Of a stretch of 64,000 bases of DNA, positions 1 to 13,380 are shown one piece after another. Positions within the stretch are counted from its first letter, which is position 1; each line of letters begins with the position of its first letter. The stretch is taken from positions 99,841-163,840 of the forward strand of contig MNCI01003408.1 of the NCBI GenBank assembly GCA_015680685.1, read 5' to 3'. Position numbers and translations under genes: made by a program. Origin of the DNA: Gnetum montanum (taxonomy: Eukaryota; Plantae; Gnetophyta). The notes beneath the pieces were generated by a model that was not told the DNA's origin, did not search any database, and was given only the letters and a program-made list of their open reading frames with translations.

Positions 1-149
1 TATATATAGACATTTATTGCACCTACATCAACAAAGCATGAGCTATGTCACTACAACTACATCAACGATGTAGCTAACTAAATAACTATTTATCAAAATC
101 AAAATAGAGATTTTCTTAACTTAAACCAAACTTAAGAAAAGTTCATTAT

Positions 150-1250
150 CATGTCTCATAGAGGTTTTTACCTATCACATGACTAATGATTAGGTTCAAT
201 GCTCAAAGAGTGTCAAGCTACTGATTTATTTTCAAGTGCCACTTAATTGGAAAGAGTAAGAGATTTTATTACAACAATGGGCAAAGAAAAAAAGATCCTA
301 TATCATTTTTTCCTTTTTATTCTTATCGTTGAAGATTAGGATGCTTGATTAAAGAAAAAGTTAAATAACAAAATTAAAGGAGTCACGCCAAATTATGGAT
401 TTTCTAATTTTATAAATGAAATTTGTTGATAAAACTTCTTGCTTTCTAGAAGTTGAAGAAACATACATCTAAAATGTTAAAGGTATTGAATAACTTTACC
501 CAAGTTTCATGATTAAAAATTAATCATAATAAAATCAATTTATTTTCTTTTCATTTTTAAAAAAAGCAAGTAAAATATTTGAAAATTGTCAAATGTTAGA
601 CACTTACTCTTCTAGGCTAATAACTGGGGCATACTTTCATTTTTAGAAAGAATCATGGATTCAGGCTCTCAAGAGGATGGCTTAAGGATTAGCTAGCTAG
701 CAAAAAAATATTCTTATCATGATTGAAAGATTATAATCAATTTCCAGTTACCTTCAATCTATATAAAGGAACTTATTTTCATGTCTTTAAATGATAAATG
801 AGATGGTAAAAACACTAGAAAATTTTAAAAATGTAATTTCCTTTGGTAGGATTTAAAAGAAGAGGAAAAAAAGATTAGGATAGAATTCACAATGTATCAT
901 CTATAGAATCATAGACTTTGGACTAAAAAGATAATATTATTTAAACATGGTTTCTTGACAAAATGAAGAATTATGAATAAAGATGTCATGTGAATTAGAG
1001 TGACTAGAACCACAAAATTATTCTAAAATAATAAAGAATTTTAAGTGCTTTTAGAAATAAGCAAGACTTGAAAAACTATGTGTATACATAAAAAATCATG
1101 ATATAAAATTTCAATATTGTATATTTTGGTGATAAAAAAATATTCATACAAAGTTGTAGAGGGTTATGATACCTTACACACTGCACATACATTTAGCAAA
1201 TAAAGAAGATATTTATTTAAAAAAGAAAGAAAGTCTAATCCCTAAAATCA
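150..1250 (+). mobile_element. Highly decayed CACTA (Tnp2-like) transposase relic
   Basis: Scattered broken motifs resembling Tnp2 (e.g. WTKKIILF at about 919, ARLEKLCI at about 1061); no ORF. Confidence 0.35.
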
Positions 1251-4200
1251 TATGTTTTTTTTAATTTGCATAAAAAAGAAAAATTTTAACAATCATTAGT
1301 TTTTAAGATAAGAATTAAAAGAGTTAATAGGTTTTGTGTGAGCATGCTTCTAAAAATGGTAATCATTCTTTTTACACAACCTTGAAATTGGTCATATTTG
1401 GAATAGATATTAGAAATCAACATATAAGCATTTTATTATGTCAAAATCTTAAAAATGGATCTTGCAAAAACTTTATTAGTAAAAATTTAACCTTATTCTC
1501 TCGCATAAATAATAGCTAAAAAACAATCCAAACAAACATCGAAAGAACAAATTGGGTACAGAGGGTATAATGAAAATGCAAAATGATAAGAGAAAAAGAG
1601 GAGAGATGAGTGATTTGGTAATTTATAAGATCTTTTAGGCCAATTCATATACATATGTATATATATTAGTGAAGAATTTTCATAGCTTAAGAGAAAAATT
1701 AAATTTTTTTTTTTAAGATATCCATTGTCATTATCAAGGACATCATTTTAAAAGTTAAGTTGTTAAAATATTATTTGAAATATTTTAATAATATTAAGAA
1801 CATTATTTTAAAGTTAATTTTTTAAAATATTATAGAAATTTTTTAATAATATCGAAATTGTGAAATGAACTAATATAAACTAGTACAACTAAAATAGTAT
1901 CATTAATGCATCAAATTTTTAAAAAGAGCCCCGTACAAATAGAATCATCTATATTTCCCATACATTGATGCAAGAATATAGTCCAATATTATTACAGCAA
2001 ACTTTATATAGGTGTAGAATAAGAATTAGGAATAAGAATAATATAGGTAGTAGTGTGAACTCAATATGCCTAATCTTTTAAATCAATAAAATGAATTTCC
2101 TTTGTAATTCTACCATGAATATTATTAGAATCTGAAATCCTTTTATATCTTTACAAAGAGAATGAAAGATGAATCTTCAAAGAGTCAATGTTCTAGACTC
2201 TAGATAATGCACCAACAATTAGATCCATGACTTCTTTTGATCCTATATCAATAGTGGCCTTATTTAGTGTCATTCCTTAATATTTATGGATAGTCATGAT
2301 TCATGCCAATCATGACAGTAACTAACATTATGCTCCTTTGTATCATACAGATGCATAGAGTATTCAAAATCATCTAATCCATTGAATGAAAATGGAAGTT
2401 TCATTCAAGTACCCAAGAATTGATAGTCTTCACCAAGGCTTTCTTCGTTTCTAACATGCCTTAACTTTCCCTAAATTTCTATTGTTTAGGATCATTTCCA
2501 GATTGATGATAACATGCATCTAGCATAGTAAATGTATCAAAGAATTGTCAGACTCCTACAATATTTAGATTTCTAGATACATAAGGCATAACATCAAGCA
2601 CAAGAGTAAGCTAATCCAAGTCTCCTATAAGTATAACTAATCTTCCTCTAAAAAATTCATTATTATGCTCTAGAAATATTTCTCCTCATCTTTTATCAAT
2701 GCTTTATAATAGTCTTCACTTGACAAAACTCAATTCATCAATGATTATATATTTCAGATGGGAAATTCAATGTTGTATACTTATTGTAGGATAGATAGAA
2801 AGTTCTTTGTATACACCTATTCCAAAGCTTAAACTGATGAATGGTAGCTACATTCATATTATATGTAGCAACTCATATGGAAGCCATGAAAAGTAAAGCA
2901 AAATGTTTCTTATGATATTACTTCATGAAAGCATTGCAAATTACATCTATAAGTAAAGATTTTCCTATACTGGCTATTCCTTGGATAATAATTTGTAAAG
3001 GGACATCATCTTCATCTATTGCTTATGAAAATAACATGTGGCCTACAATTTTGTTGTAACATTTCTTCTGCTTAGCATTTAGCTTATTAGAATAATAGAC
3101 ATAATAGTCATGGCCCATGACAATCATGGATCAAAACAATTTATTACTAGCAATAAAGGCTATGGTGAACTTTGCAACATCCCCTTCTAGATACTAAAAT
3201 GTCCAATCATACATCCTATCAACATCTTGTAAGCTAAGCATCTCTAATTCTATTCTCTAGAAATGACCTATTGATAATAGATGACAATCAAGTATTTTAA
3301 AATTATACTTCTCACGATCCTTCACCTATAGAATTACATCTATGACTATCATTCTTTCTCCAATGCTCGCTAGAATTCTTCTTTAGTATTCTTCTCTAAT
3401 CCTTCATAAATATGTTGAATAGAGAGCTACTTTGTTTCAATCTTCTTTTCATTACAGCCAAGATCTTGCTTCACATCTCTAAATGGATAATGCAACAACA
3501 AAATAGCCCAATAGTATTCAATCTAGCTTTGCTTTCCTTACTTTAGTGGAACAAGAAATTTTGGATAATATCTCAGAATAGCACCTAGTTCTAGGTGATG
3601 CAAATTTCAAGTTGAGTTCTCCTTGATCTTAAAATTGCAATTGTATTCTCTAAAATCTTGTAGCAATGATACTCCCTCCATGGAAAGTAGTTTTTTCTAA
3701 TAAATATTAATAATAGTTATATAGTTTTCATCTTCATCCATTTCTTCTCCATGAATAAGAACTTTTTTGTACACTTCCCGTGAAACATTGATGATGTAGA
3801 AAACACAACTGCACTTCCCCAAAGAAAGCTCATACAACATGTGACAAACCTCCATAGCACCTATATCTCTATCCATAGCAACATCCATCATGAGCCTTCT
3901 GTAAATAGATAAATCATCTTCATGAGAATTCCTTAACTCTAAAATTTGCAATATCAATGTCATGAAAATAATTTAACATTTTCTCAAATTTCAATGCATA
4001 TTTCTCAATATTTTTATAACATATTACGACATGACTGGCTGAAAATCAGTATCTTCCCTCCACATTGGAATCAACATTTGTTATGAAAATTAATCCTTGA
4101 TCATGTCTTTGAGAAACATAAGTAATCTCATTAGTATTTTTTGGATCTTTGTAAAGGCTTAATTCTAGAGATAATGGCCAAGGAACATTGTACCTAGAAG

Positions 4201-5659
4201 GAAAGAAAGGGAAGATATATATCTATAGAATATTATACAAAGATAAATTAAAGTTTTATATCTATAGATAATAATGAAATGATGAGAAAATAAAAAGAAG
4301 ATAATAATTCAATATAAATGTGGTACCTACAAACTTCTTTTCCATTATGTCTTCTTAAGCATGCACCTAGTTTGCAAGCAATATGTCTTTGAAAAGTATT
4401 AAGTAAATCAACATAATCAATTTCTAGATCCATACCTTGTAGTTAATTCACATAAATGACACAACCTATTTATTTGTAAACCCTAAGTGGAAAGACAAAA
4501 TTAAACATAAATCAATGAAAAAACAATTCTTGAATATTCTTAGCAATATTAGAAAAAACAATTTGCAAGTAAAAAAAAAGATAAAAAAAGAACTTAGATT
4601 TTTTGGTTGTCCATTTGTTGTAAATCTTGGATTCTATGCATTTGTAATTGAATCAAAAAATTCCTTTACCTTATGCATCACATCAAGATCATATTGGTCT
4701 AGTTCATGTATCTTTTGAGCACCTTGTATCCATAGGAAACCATGCACATGTAGAGATCCACAATGTTCTCATCTATATCATGTCTAGTAACCAATAACAT
4801 GGAATTCCTTCATCAAAACTATATTTAGAAAGCCAATGTGATGACTATGTTTGGATTTTGTATGATATTACTCTACCTCCATTGTTTCAATTCTGATGAG
4901 TTCTCAAATGGATCTCCTCCCATTAGATTATGTAGCTCAAGCCAATACAGATTTAATGCACTAAGAGTAAAAAAATAGTCAGTACTCCTAATTGATTCAT
5001 TATGTCAATTAGCTATGCTTTACATTTTCTTTAGTAAGACACTATAAAGTGAATGGAGATACCATATTGCATCAAATTATCAACAATGACATGTGATGGA
5101 GCATTGTACAATTGCTCAAGTAGTTCTTCAATAGTTATGTGTATCAACAATATTTTTTAAAAAAATACCAAGATATATTTCATTGCGCATTGCCTTCTAT
5201 CTAATACCTAAAAATAAATCGCACATCATTGCGTCAAAGTAGCAAAAAATAGAAATAGTAAAAATAAAAGAAATCAAGAAATGATATTTACCTGAAATGT
5301 TTATGTCACCCAAATCTACCACCCTTGTAGTAAAGAAGATATTTTACATATTCATGCCGTTTGATATCTTTAGCTCTTTGGTCAAGGAAATCACATTTTC
5401 CTTCTAGAAAAAGACTTGAAAATAGCATTGTAAAGAACCCCACCATATTAAACTTATTAATAGGAGAATAAAACATGAAAGGCCACTGGGAAACATTTGA
5501 ATCTTCAAATGATAGATTATATAACCATGCACTTAATGAAGTAGGATTACTCCAATAATTAATCACCTTCAAATACTAAATCCAGATATTATGAAAACAT
5601 AATAACCTTTGCTAGAAAATAAGAAAACTAGCTATCTTCAATTATTTAATTAGAAGATT

Positions 5660-6637
5660 GTAAGAAGGTTCCCAAAACTCATAAACATCCAAAACCTATC
5701 AAACATTCAACTATATTGTAGAGCATGAGGCCCTACAATCACATAATGGTTGTACTCAATGCAAGACGCAACCGATGGAAAATCTCTTCCACAACTCAAG
5801 ACTAAGATTCAATTCAGAGAAGTAAACAAGAGACAAGAACACATAGGTCAATCACACACATTGATCCTAGAGCTGAAACCATACATGCACTCACTCGATG
5901 TACTCTCTCACACTCTTGCCAAGCTCTCCTCAACTCAAGAGCTCTCACTAGAACTTTTCTCTCACTCTCACTCTCTATGTTCATCATGTGCAAGCATGAA
6001 ACATCAATAAATTTATTAACAAAATAAGATAAAAACCTAGGGAAACCTTTCACCAAGCTCTCCTCAACTCAAGAGCTCTCACTAGAACTTTTCTTTCACT
6101 CTCACTCTCTATGTTCATCATGTGCAAGCATGAAACATCAATAAATTTATTAACAAAATAAGATAAAAACCTAGGGAAACCTTTCGTAAGTTTAACTTAG
6201 ATTTTCCATTGTAATTCTATCTTTTTCCATATTTTCTTGGTTGTTTCCCAACTTGGAATGGCCAATTCCAAAAGTAACCTAGCCATACAAATCATCTCTA
6301 GTCTTCTCAAGTTGTCTCCTAACAAAGCTTTCAAATGAGATATATACCACTTTTTTGGAGACATCTTCTCCTTGGGTGAGCCATCTTTTCTTAGGCAAGA
6401 TGTCTTTCCCAAGACGTCTTTACTGTTATCAAGATGTATCCCTCAAGACATCTCCTCTATAGGCAAGATATCTCCTCTAATTTCAAGACATCTCCCACCA
6501 GACTAAAGTTGTCTTCTATGAAGACTCCAATCCTAGTCAAGATGTCTTCTTCACCTCCAAGACATCTTGATAGAGCATGAAAACTACAAAACACATACAT
6601 AGCAAAGAACAAGAAGCTCAGAAGAGGATTTCCTACA
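5660..6637. mobile_element. LTR-like insertion interrupting the Helitron coding region
   Basis: The Helitron frame breaks at about 6637 and resumes at about 5640. The insert has repeated AAGACATCT motifs and a CT-rich tract. No clean TSD found. Confidence 0.45.
5919..6185. repeat. Tandem duplication, 134-bp period, two near-identical copies
   Basis: 5919-6051 vs 6053-6185; one mismatch seen. Confidence 0.9.
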
Positions 6638-7689
6638 CCACTTATCCAATCAATTTTCCTTCTTATAATCCTAGGACATTGTGCAACTATCAATGTATGT
6701 CTTATAATGTTTTCTTTATGTATTTGAAGTAATGAACCTTGAAATTTTAATTTCATTTCTCCATCCTTCTCTGACAAACCAATATAAGGAATGCTATGAA
6801 AGATATTAACCTCACCAATATCATCAACATCATCTAATTCATGCATATAAATCTCAACATTATAATAGTATAGATCGTTTTTCTTTTTAAAAAGTAGGGC
6901 ATCATAAATCTTTCTCTTGCTAACTATTAAATTATACTTTGTGTCCATTTGATCCACTCTTCTTAAAACCAAGAAAGGGACATCTTTAATTCTAAGAAAA
7001 AGTCTCTTAGCAATCTCTATGACATCCTAAGAAAAGCTAATTGTATGATCCTTACACCTATACTACCCATCCACTGCATGTGTAACTTGTACTATGGGAT
7101 TGATTTTTGTAATTAATATTTCTCTAACCTTAATTAAATCAACTAGAATAGGTAGTTGGGTTTCTAGATTCATGTTATTTTTGGTAGAAAATCATTTGAT
7201 CTCTTGACTAAAATTATCAACAATATTTTGTATCATTTCTTTTGTACACCTATTGTAGGTCAAATCTCTACTTCTGGTTGATTCTAATGATATGCCAAAA
7301 TACATTTCACTACAAACATTGCAAGATAGGGTGTTTATAAAATTCATAGCTACAATATTAAAATTTTGAATCACCTAAACAATTTCTATAGGTATCCATC
7401 ACAAGTTTGAAAAAGAGGAAACTACATCTAAAGAAGGGACTTCCACTATTAGTATAGTAGTAACATTTGAATGTTCATGCATTTGATCATATGATTCTTC
7501 CTCATGTTGAGATTGCCTTAGTCAATGCTTACTCTTGTGATACTATGTCTGTCAATAATCTTGCTACAGTTATTTTTCTACATGTGTAATTTTTGGCATG
7601 GTTGTATGCTAAATAGCAAGCTCATATGCATTTTTGATGTGCTGCAAGAGTTAATCATGTTAAGAAATGTGAATAAATTATTAAATAAA

Positions 7690-8010
7690 AAATAACTTGA
7701 GTAGTGGTAGACAACAAAAACCTACATTTTTGTTGATTTTTATTATTATGATCAATACAATTGACCATTCTAGAGGATGAATCTCTAGTTAGTGAGAGTA
7801 TATTAGAAACAAATACAACCTAACAAATGTTTGCAATGTAAGTATGCAAAATAACTTAGTAGTGGTAGATAATAAAAACCTACATTTCTTGTTGATTTGT
7901 ATTATTATGATCAATACAATTAGCCATTTTGGAGGATGAATTTCTAGTTGGTGAGAGTATATTAGAAACGGATACAACCTAAAAATGTTTGCAATCTAAG
8001 TATGCAAATA
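7690..8010. repeat. Tandem repeat of about 160 bp, two copies, Helitron 5' region
   Basis: AGTAGTGGTAGA..AAAAACCTACATTT..GTTGATTT.TATTATTATGATCAATACAAT recurs at about 7700 and 7858. Confidence 0.8.
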
Positions 8011-8569
8011 AAACAAGAAGATTTAATAATTTTAACATGAGAAATGTACAATGCAAAAATGTCATAATTTTGAAATATTATAAATGATTAAATGATTATA
8101 CCAAAAAATAATAAATAAACCATACATCTAAATTTCATTGAACTTCTTGTCATTCTTGCCAACGTCGCATTAATTCTTATTTCTGAAATCGTCTTCTATC
8201 CTTTGTGTTCATCATGTCTGGACTTACACTTTCTATGATCCATGGTTGTCCTCAACCTTGACCATGCCCATAGACATTGCCACAACCTTTATGAATCATA
8301 TTACTTATTGTAAAAGATGGTTGTTGTAGATGATTTTGAAGAGATTGTTCTATGGCTTTATTATCAAGGATAACATTAGCAAGATCCATGTTGAGAATGA
8401 TATTACAATTCGCTTCAAAGAAAACAAGGTAAGAGTAACACAACCATGTTGTTTGAATTTATAAATGTGATGATAAAAGAGGTCAAATTTCTTTCTATGA
8501 TAAAATGTAAACTCTTCATCAATTAAAATCTTCACAGTGCCAAAATTAGAATTTTTCTATTGATTATTC

Positions 8570-8925
8570 AATGATCAAATGAGAATTTTTTGGGAATTTG
8601 AACATAAAGCCATGCAATTTTCCATGGTCAAATATAATTTTTTTTTGAAAATTTTTAAGGCATCAACTTAATAACATTGAAAACATCTCTTTTACTAAAT
8701 TTCTAGTAATAATTATCATCTCCCCATATCATTAGTAATTTTCCCACCAATTATTTTGTGGTCAAATGTAAATTTTTTGGAAATTTGAACATGGTGCTGC
8801 CTAATTTTCCATGGTTAAATATAAAATTTTTGGTAATTTTTAAGCTATTAACCTAATGACAGCAAAAACATCTCCCTTGGTAAATTTCTATTAATGAATA
8901 TCATCTCCCTGTATAATTAGTACTA
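8570..8925. repeat. Degenerate tandem repeat of about 186 bp, two copies
   Basis: TCAAATG...GGAAATTTGAACAT...TTTTCCATGGT.AAATATAA repeated. Confidence 0.7.
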
Positions 8926-9559
8926 GTCATTTTAGCACTTCTAAATTTACACTTGGAAATTACCATAAATGGAGAAATCAAATCTTAAAAATGTCATGAA
9001 TCACAAAAATTCTTAAACTTCTTAAATTAAGCATGAGAGGAAATTTATTAATTTTTATAGAAATAAGAAGAATTTTTTTACCTTCACTAAAATTTTAAAC
9101 AATAAATGGAATGATTAAACCTAATTAAGAAGTTTCAATATCAATGAAATCTACAAAAAGAAATTGCCTTGCTAATCTTGTGTTAAGGCTCATTAACTAA
9201 ACTACAAATGTTTTCCATTTAAAATTTATAGTTAATAAAATTTTTATTTTAAAAAATCTCAATCTTCCTACATTATTAATTTTCATTAATCTGTGCATAA
9301 AAAAGTCTACAAAAAATACATGAATTTTTAATTCTTTGAGTAAGGCATTTTTGAAAATGTCATGCTTGTTCTCCAATTTTATTTAAATTATATAAATTTT
9401 AATTAGTCATGACATTTTGTCTTCAAACTTTATAGTTATCAAAATTTTTATTTTTGAAACTAACTAAAACTAAAATGTTTTTTTATTACATCTAAAGATC
9501 CTTAAGATATATTGAATGGAAGAAATATACATAGTATGTGTATTAAACACTTCATCAAT

Positions 9560-12500
9560 ATAATGTTGCCACGTTTCCTTGGTGCTATATCAAAAAGCTC
9601 AATTAAACTAGTAGCTATAATTTGTCATTTGTGGGAACTTTACACAAGAATAGAACATTCCAAGAATATGTGATGCTCATCTTCAATTGCTCTTTGATTA
9701 CATAAATAATATGTTCTCTCTTCCCTTGGAATCTAGATCCATCTTCCTATTTCAATTCTAAAATAATGGAAGCCAAATCTTGCTCGACTAATTTGACTAT
9801 GTAGGTGATAGAATATAAGAGCAAATAAATAAGTTATTTTTCTATTGATGCATTCACTAGTGCTATCTAGGTAGAATTGTTTCTTTCATATTGGATTGCT
9901 CCGTATGTGTAAAAGTGCCTTATTTCTAATACTCTTACGGACCTGCCTTATATCACAATGTAGACTATCCATCTCAATGTTTTATTTTTTGAGCCAAATC
10001 ATTCTCTCATAGAACAATCCTTTTGGTTATGTAGCAACTAAGACTTCCTTTGAAAATTTAGTTGTTATGCTACAAGAAAAACTATGAACATATACTACAA
10101 ATTGACAAAGAGCTTCTATCTCTAAAGGCATCAGATTAGCTTCAAGAAGTAGTAAATCATATTGTATGTGCCTGTTAACCTAAAATTCTTCTACCAAAAA
10201 ATGCTTCTACACTTCTTCTATTCTTGTCCAATATTTACTAGCAAGTCTAGGATCCAAAACTACACACCCATACAAAAGAGTTGGTTGCACAATAGAACAA
10301 AATAACTATTTTTTGATTTCCTATGCTAAGATAGTTTTCTTCTAACATTCATGTTTTAAATTTCAAATAAGGCTCTCAATCTACTTGCAATTCTTTATTT
10401 AATATATATCTCTGAAGTGTAATTGTGAGAAAGATCTATAAGAAGTATCTATAAGTTGGTGTTATATTTACTGGGTCCTTTCCAATAGTTAAAGAGTAAT
10501 TGTTATTCTTAGTTACACATACCATAATTTTGGTTTTTTGCACATTAACTTTCATTTCTAAATGTTGGCAAAAATCATTCAAAATAGTTAGCATTTGTTG
10601 CAAGCCTTTCTTAGAGTTCTAGATGAAAGCTACATCATCAGCATATAGCAAAAGGTTCACAAAGTGATTATTAATTTTAATAAAGTATCTATTTGGAATT
10701 TTCGGCATGGACTCCTCAAGTTCATCAATAAAAATACCAAAAATAGTAGCGAAAGAGGACAACCTTGTTTCATCCCAATATCACTATGTAATAAAACATT
10801 TTTATGAGAATGGTGATCTATGATTTGTATATATACTTCTTAGAAAAGACTTTGATAGCAGTTAACAAAGATGGAGTACCTATATTTTGTAATCACTTCC
10901 ACAACTTGCTTCAAATAACTAAATCATATGCTTTAGAGGAATTCACAAAGCAAACAAAATTTCTTTTATTTTTCCCTTTTGCACAATCAATAAGATATTT
11001 CAACGTAATGAGGTGATCAATAGTAGAATGGTGACATCTAAACCCAACTTGTAAAATTGCTTGTAAATTATTTTCTTTTGTATATTTCCCAATCTTCATC
11101 TCAAAAATATTTCCCAAAATCTTAGCAAAAATATTACCAAGTACAATCAACCTATAGTTATTTAAGTCAGATCTATGTCTTTTTTTGAAGAGCAAAACAC
11201 CTCTATTAGTGCACCATTCTTTATCTAAATCAATTTGAAAAGTATGGTTTAAATTTTTCCAAACTATTTGTCATACCAAAGGTACTCCCTAAGTCAACAT
11301 TTCTACATAAAGTCCTGTTGCATCAACTGCTTTACCTAAGGCTAGTCTTTTGATGCCTTGCATAGTATTCTCAAAGGAGATGAAAAGGTTGTCATTACCC
11401 TACCAACTCACCTTTGCCTTGAAATAAATTTTGGTAAAATTGCAGAATCTCATAAAAGGGAAATTTTGGTTTCAAACTTTTCTTTTGATAAAGCAACTTC
11501 TAGAAATTTCTTGATTCTTTTTTGATAATGTAGAGAAGAGCAATTTGTCTCTTTATACTGAACTCTCTTTTTATTGTGAATCAAATTCTTATAAAGCCTT
11601 ATAGTTATTGGAGATTTTTGTGTTTTTAATTTAAATATAGTTGCTACACATTTAGAATCAAGCCAAGGTTGAGGCTATGTTGATGCTTTTCTAGAAACAT
11701 GTTCTGCTACTACCACTAAAATTTCTTCAAGTTTTACATTAGGATTCCAGTGCTTCTGGACTTTCTCTTGAAAATCTAACTTGACTTGGTCTATTATCCT
11801 ACAAAAAACTCACTTTCTCTATTATCTAACATGCTGTAAATTTATCAAAGGGCTAAAATACAATGGTTGATAGTTAGACTCAATCATCTCATTTCATACT
11901 TCAAAATGTTTAATACATGACAAACCTTGTGGTCCTATGAATGTGTAATAACCAAAATTGGAAAAATTAGGTAACCTATTAAGAATTACCAAATTTAAAC
12001 CTTAACCCCAATCCAACAAATGTCTACCTCTATGATTGACTTGTATGTCTTGAAAGAACCTTTTTCACTCTATATTATTCTCATAGTCTAAATATCCATG
12101 CTAATTCCAAATGCTTACTAGGATTTGCTCAAGTCAAACCCTAGCATTAAAATACCCACAAATGCAAATTTTTATCATCTAAGCAAAAGTAGCAATATCC
12201 ATCCCAAGGCTTTGAAAGTGGAAGTCCCTTGACATATATATATATAACCATAAAAAGTAGCTTCTTGAGGAGCAAAATAACAAAAAGCTAAGAAAAAACT
12301 AACCACCTCATGAGCTGCTCAAATCCAAATATATTACTTGTATTCATATATTTTTTCAACTATTATATATTGTTATATGGTACAACAAATTAACACAACT
12401 AGGCCATTACAAGGTTTTCCTTGTTCACTTTTTTTCTTATAAGGAAAAGAATAAGTCTGAAAACCTAGACATACAAGACCACTAGAGTAATCCCCATGCT

Positions 12501-12640
12501 ATGTTTTAGCAATCCCAAAAAATATAAGATTTATTTAAAAAGGAAATACTATGCAAACTAATAAGTTTATTTGCTATAGAGCCATCAATATTCAAAAAAC
12601 CATAGTGCAGGAATCTTAATCCCTATTTACAATCTTTGAT
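9560..12640 (-). mobile_element. Degenerate non-L1 LINE, RTEX-like (EN-RT-C-terminal CCHC finger)
   Basis: DLNNYRLIVLGNIFAKIL, QVGFR...STIDHLITL, IGMKQGCPLS, LLYADDVAF (about 10625-10655), LLYGC, and C-terminal FGFHYFRIEIGRW..IPREERTYYLC. Confidence 0.8.
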
Positions 12641-12689
12641 AACAACAACTTATTTAGCACTAAGGAAATTTTAAAAAATCTTAATCATA

Positions 12690-13380
12690 ATCTCAATCTT
12701 CCTCTCATAGTTTTAATTAATCCATGCATTAAAAAGTCTACAAAAAATCCATGAATTCTTAATTCTTTGAGGAAGGCATTTTTGAAAATGTCATGCTTAT
12801 TCTCCCATTTTATTTAAATTATTTAAAATATAATGAACAATATGATGTTCCATCGATAGTACGATGTTCTATGCTTCTTCGTTTAGTTTTTCTTTGAAAA
12901 TTACTAAATCTAAACTACAATGCATTTTTTAGCTTTAAATTAGAAATTTGTGCAAGGCCTTTTGAAGCTCCCAATTATAATGGGAAACCATGCTTATTCT
13001 ATAGTTATATTTAAATTATTTAATATAATGGGCAATACCATGTTTCATGGTTGTTAGTTTGGTTTTATTTTAAAATTACTAAATCCAAATCACAATGCCT
13101 TTTAAAGCTTCAAAAAATATAAACTAATATCAAAATCTTAAAATTAACCATTGAAGCTTCTAATTACCAAATTAGTAAAGTTCTTTAGTTTCATTTAAAT
13201 TATTTATAATATAATGGGAAATACCCGTTTCGTGGTTGTTCATTTAATTTTCTTTTAAAATTACTATATCTAAATCACAATGAGTTTTGAAAATTCAAAA
13301 AATATAAACTAATAGCAAAATATTAAAAATAACCATTGAAATTTCTAATTACCAAATCTATGAACCTTAGAAATAACCAT
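12690..13380. repeat. AT-rich degenerate tandem array (units of about 170-180 bp); its left unit also matches 9255-9400
   Basis: AATCTCAATCTTCCT...AAAAGTCTACAAAAAAT.CATGAATT.TTAATTCTTTGAG.AAGGCATTTTTGAAAATGTCATGCTT on both sides of the LINE; recurring TTTAAATTATTT and AAAATTACTA.ATCTAAA. Confidence 0.7.

Larger units (their letters stand above)
2100..8300 (-). mobile_element. Degenerate Helitron Rep/helicase gene with introns
   Basis: Rep motifs FFTLSALNLYWLELHNLM (about 4920-4975), GSLHVHGFLWIQGA (about 4715-4765), DRDIGAMEVCHML (ORF 3697-3963). PIF1 helicase motifs IIQGIASIGKS (about 2960-2990) and LAWIMTIHK..GMTLNKATIDIG...ALSRV (about 2190-2310). Many stops. Confidence 0.85.

Noticed and set aside
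1879-1920. Candidate Helitron 3' end (CTAG followed by T on the - strand)
   Set aside because: No convincing GC-rich hairpin upstream; the terminus cannot be supported.
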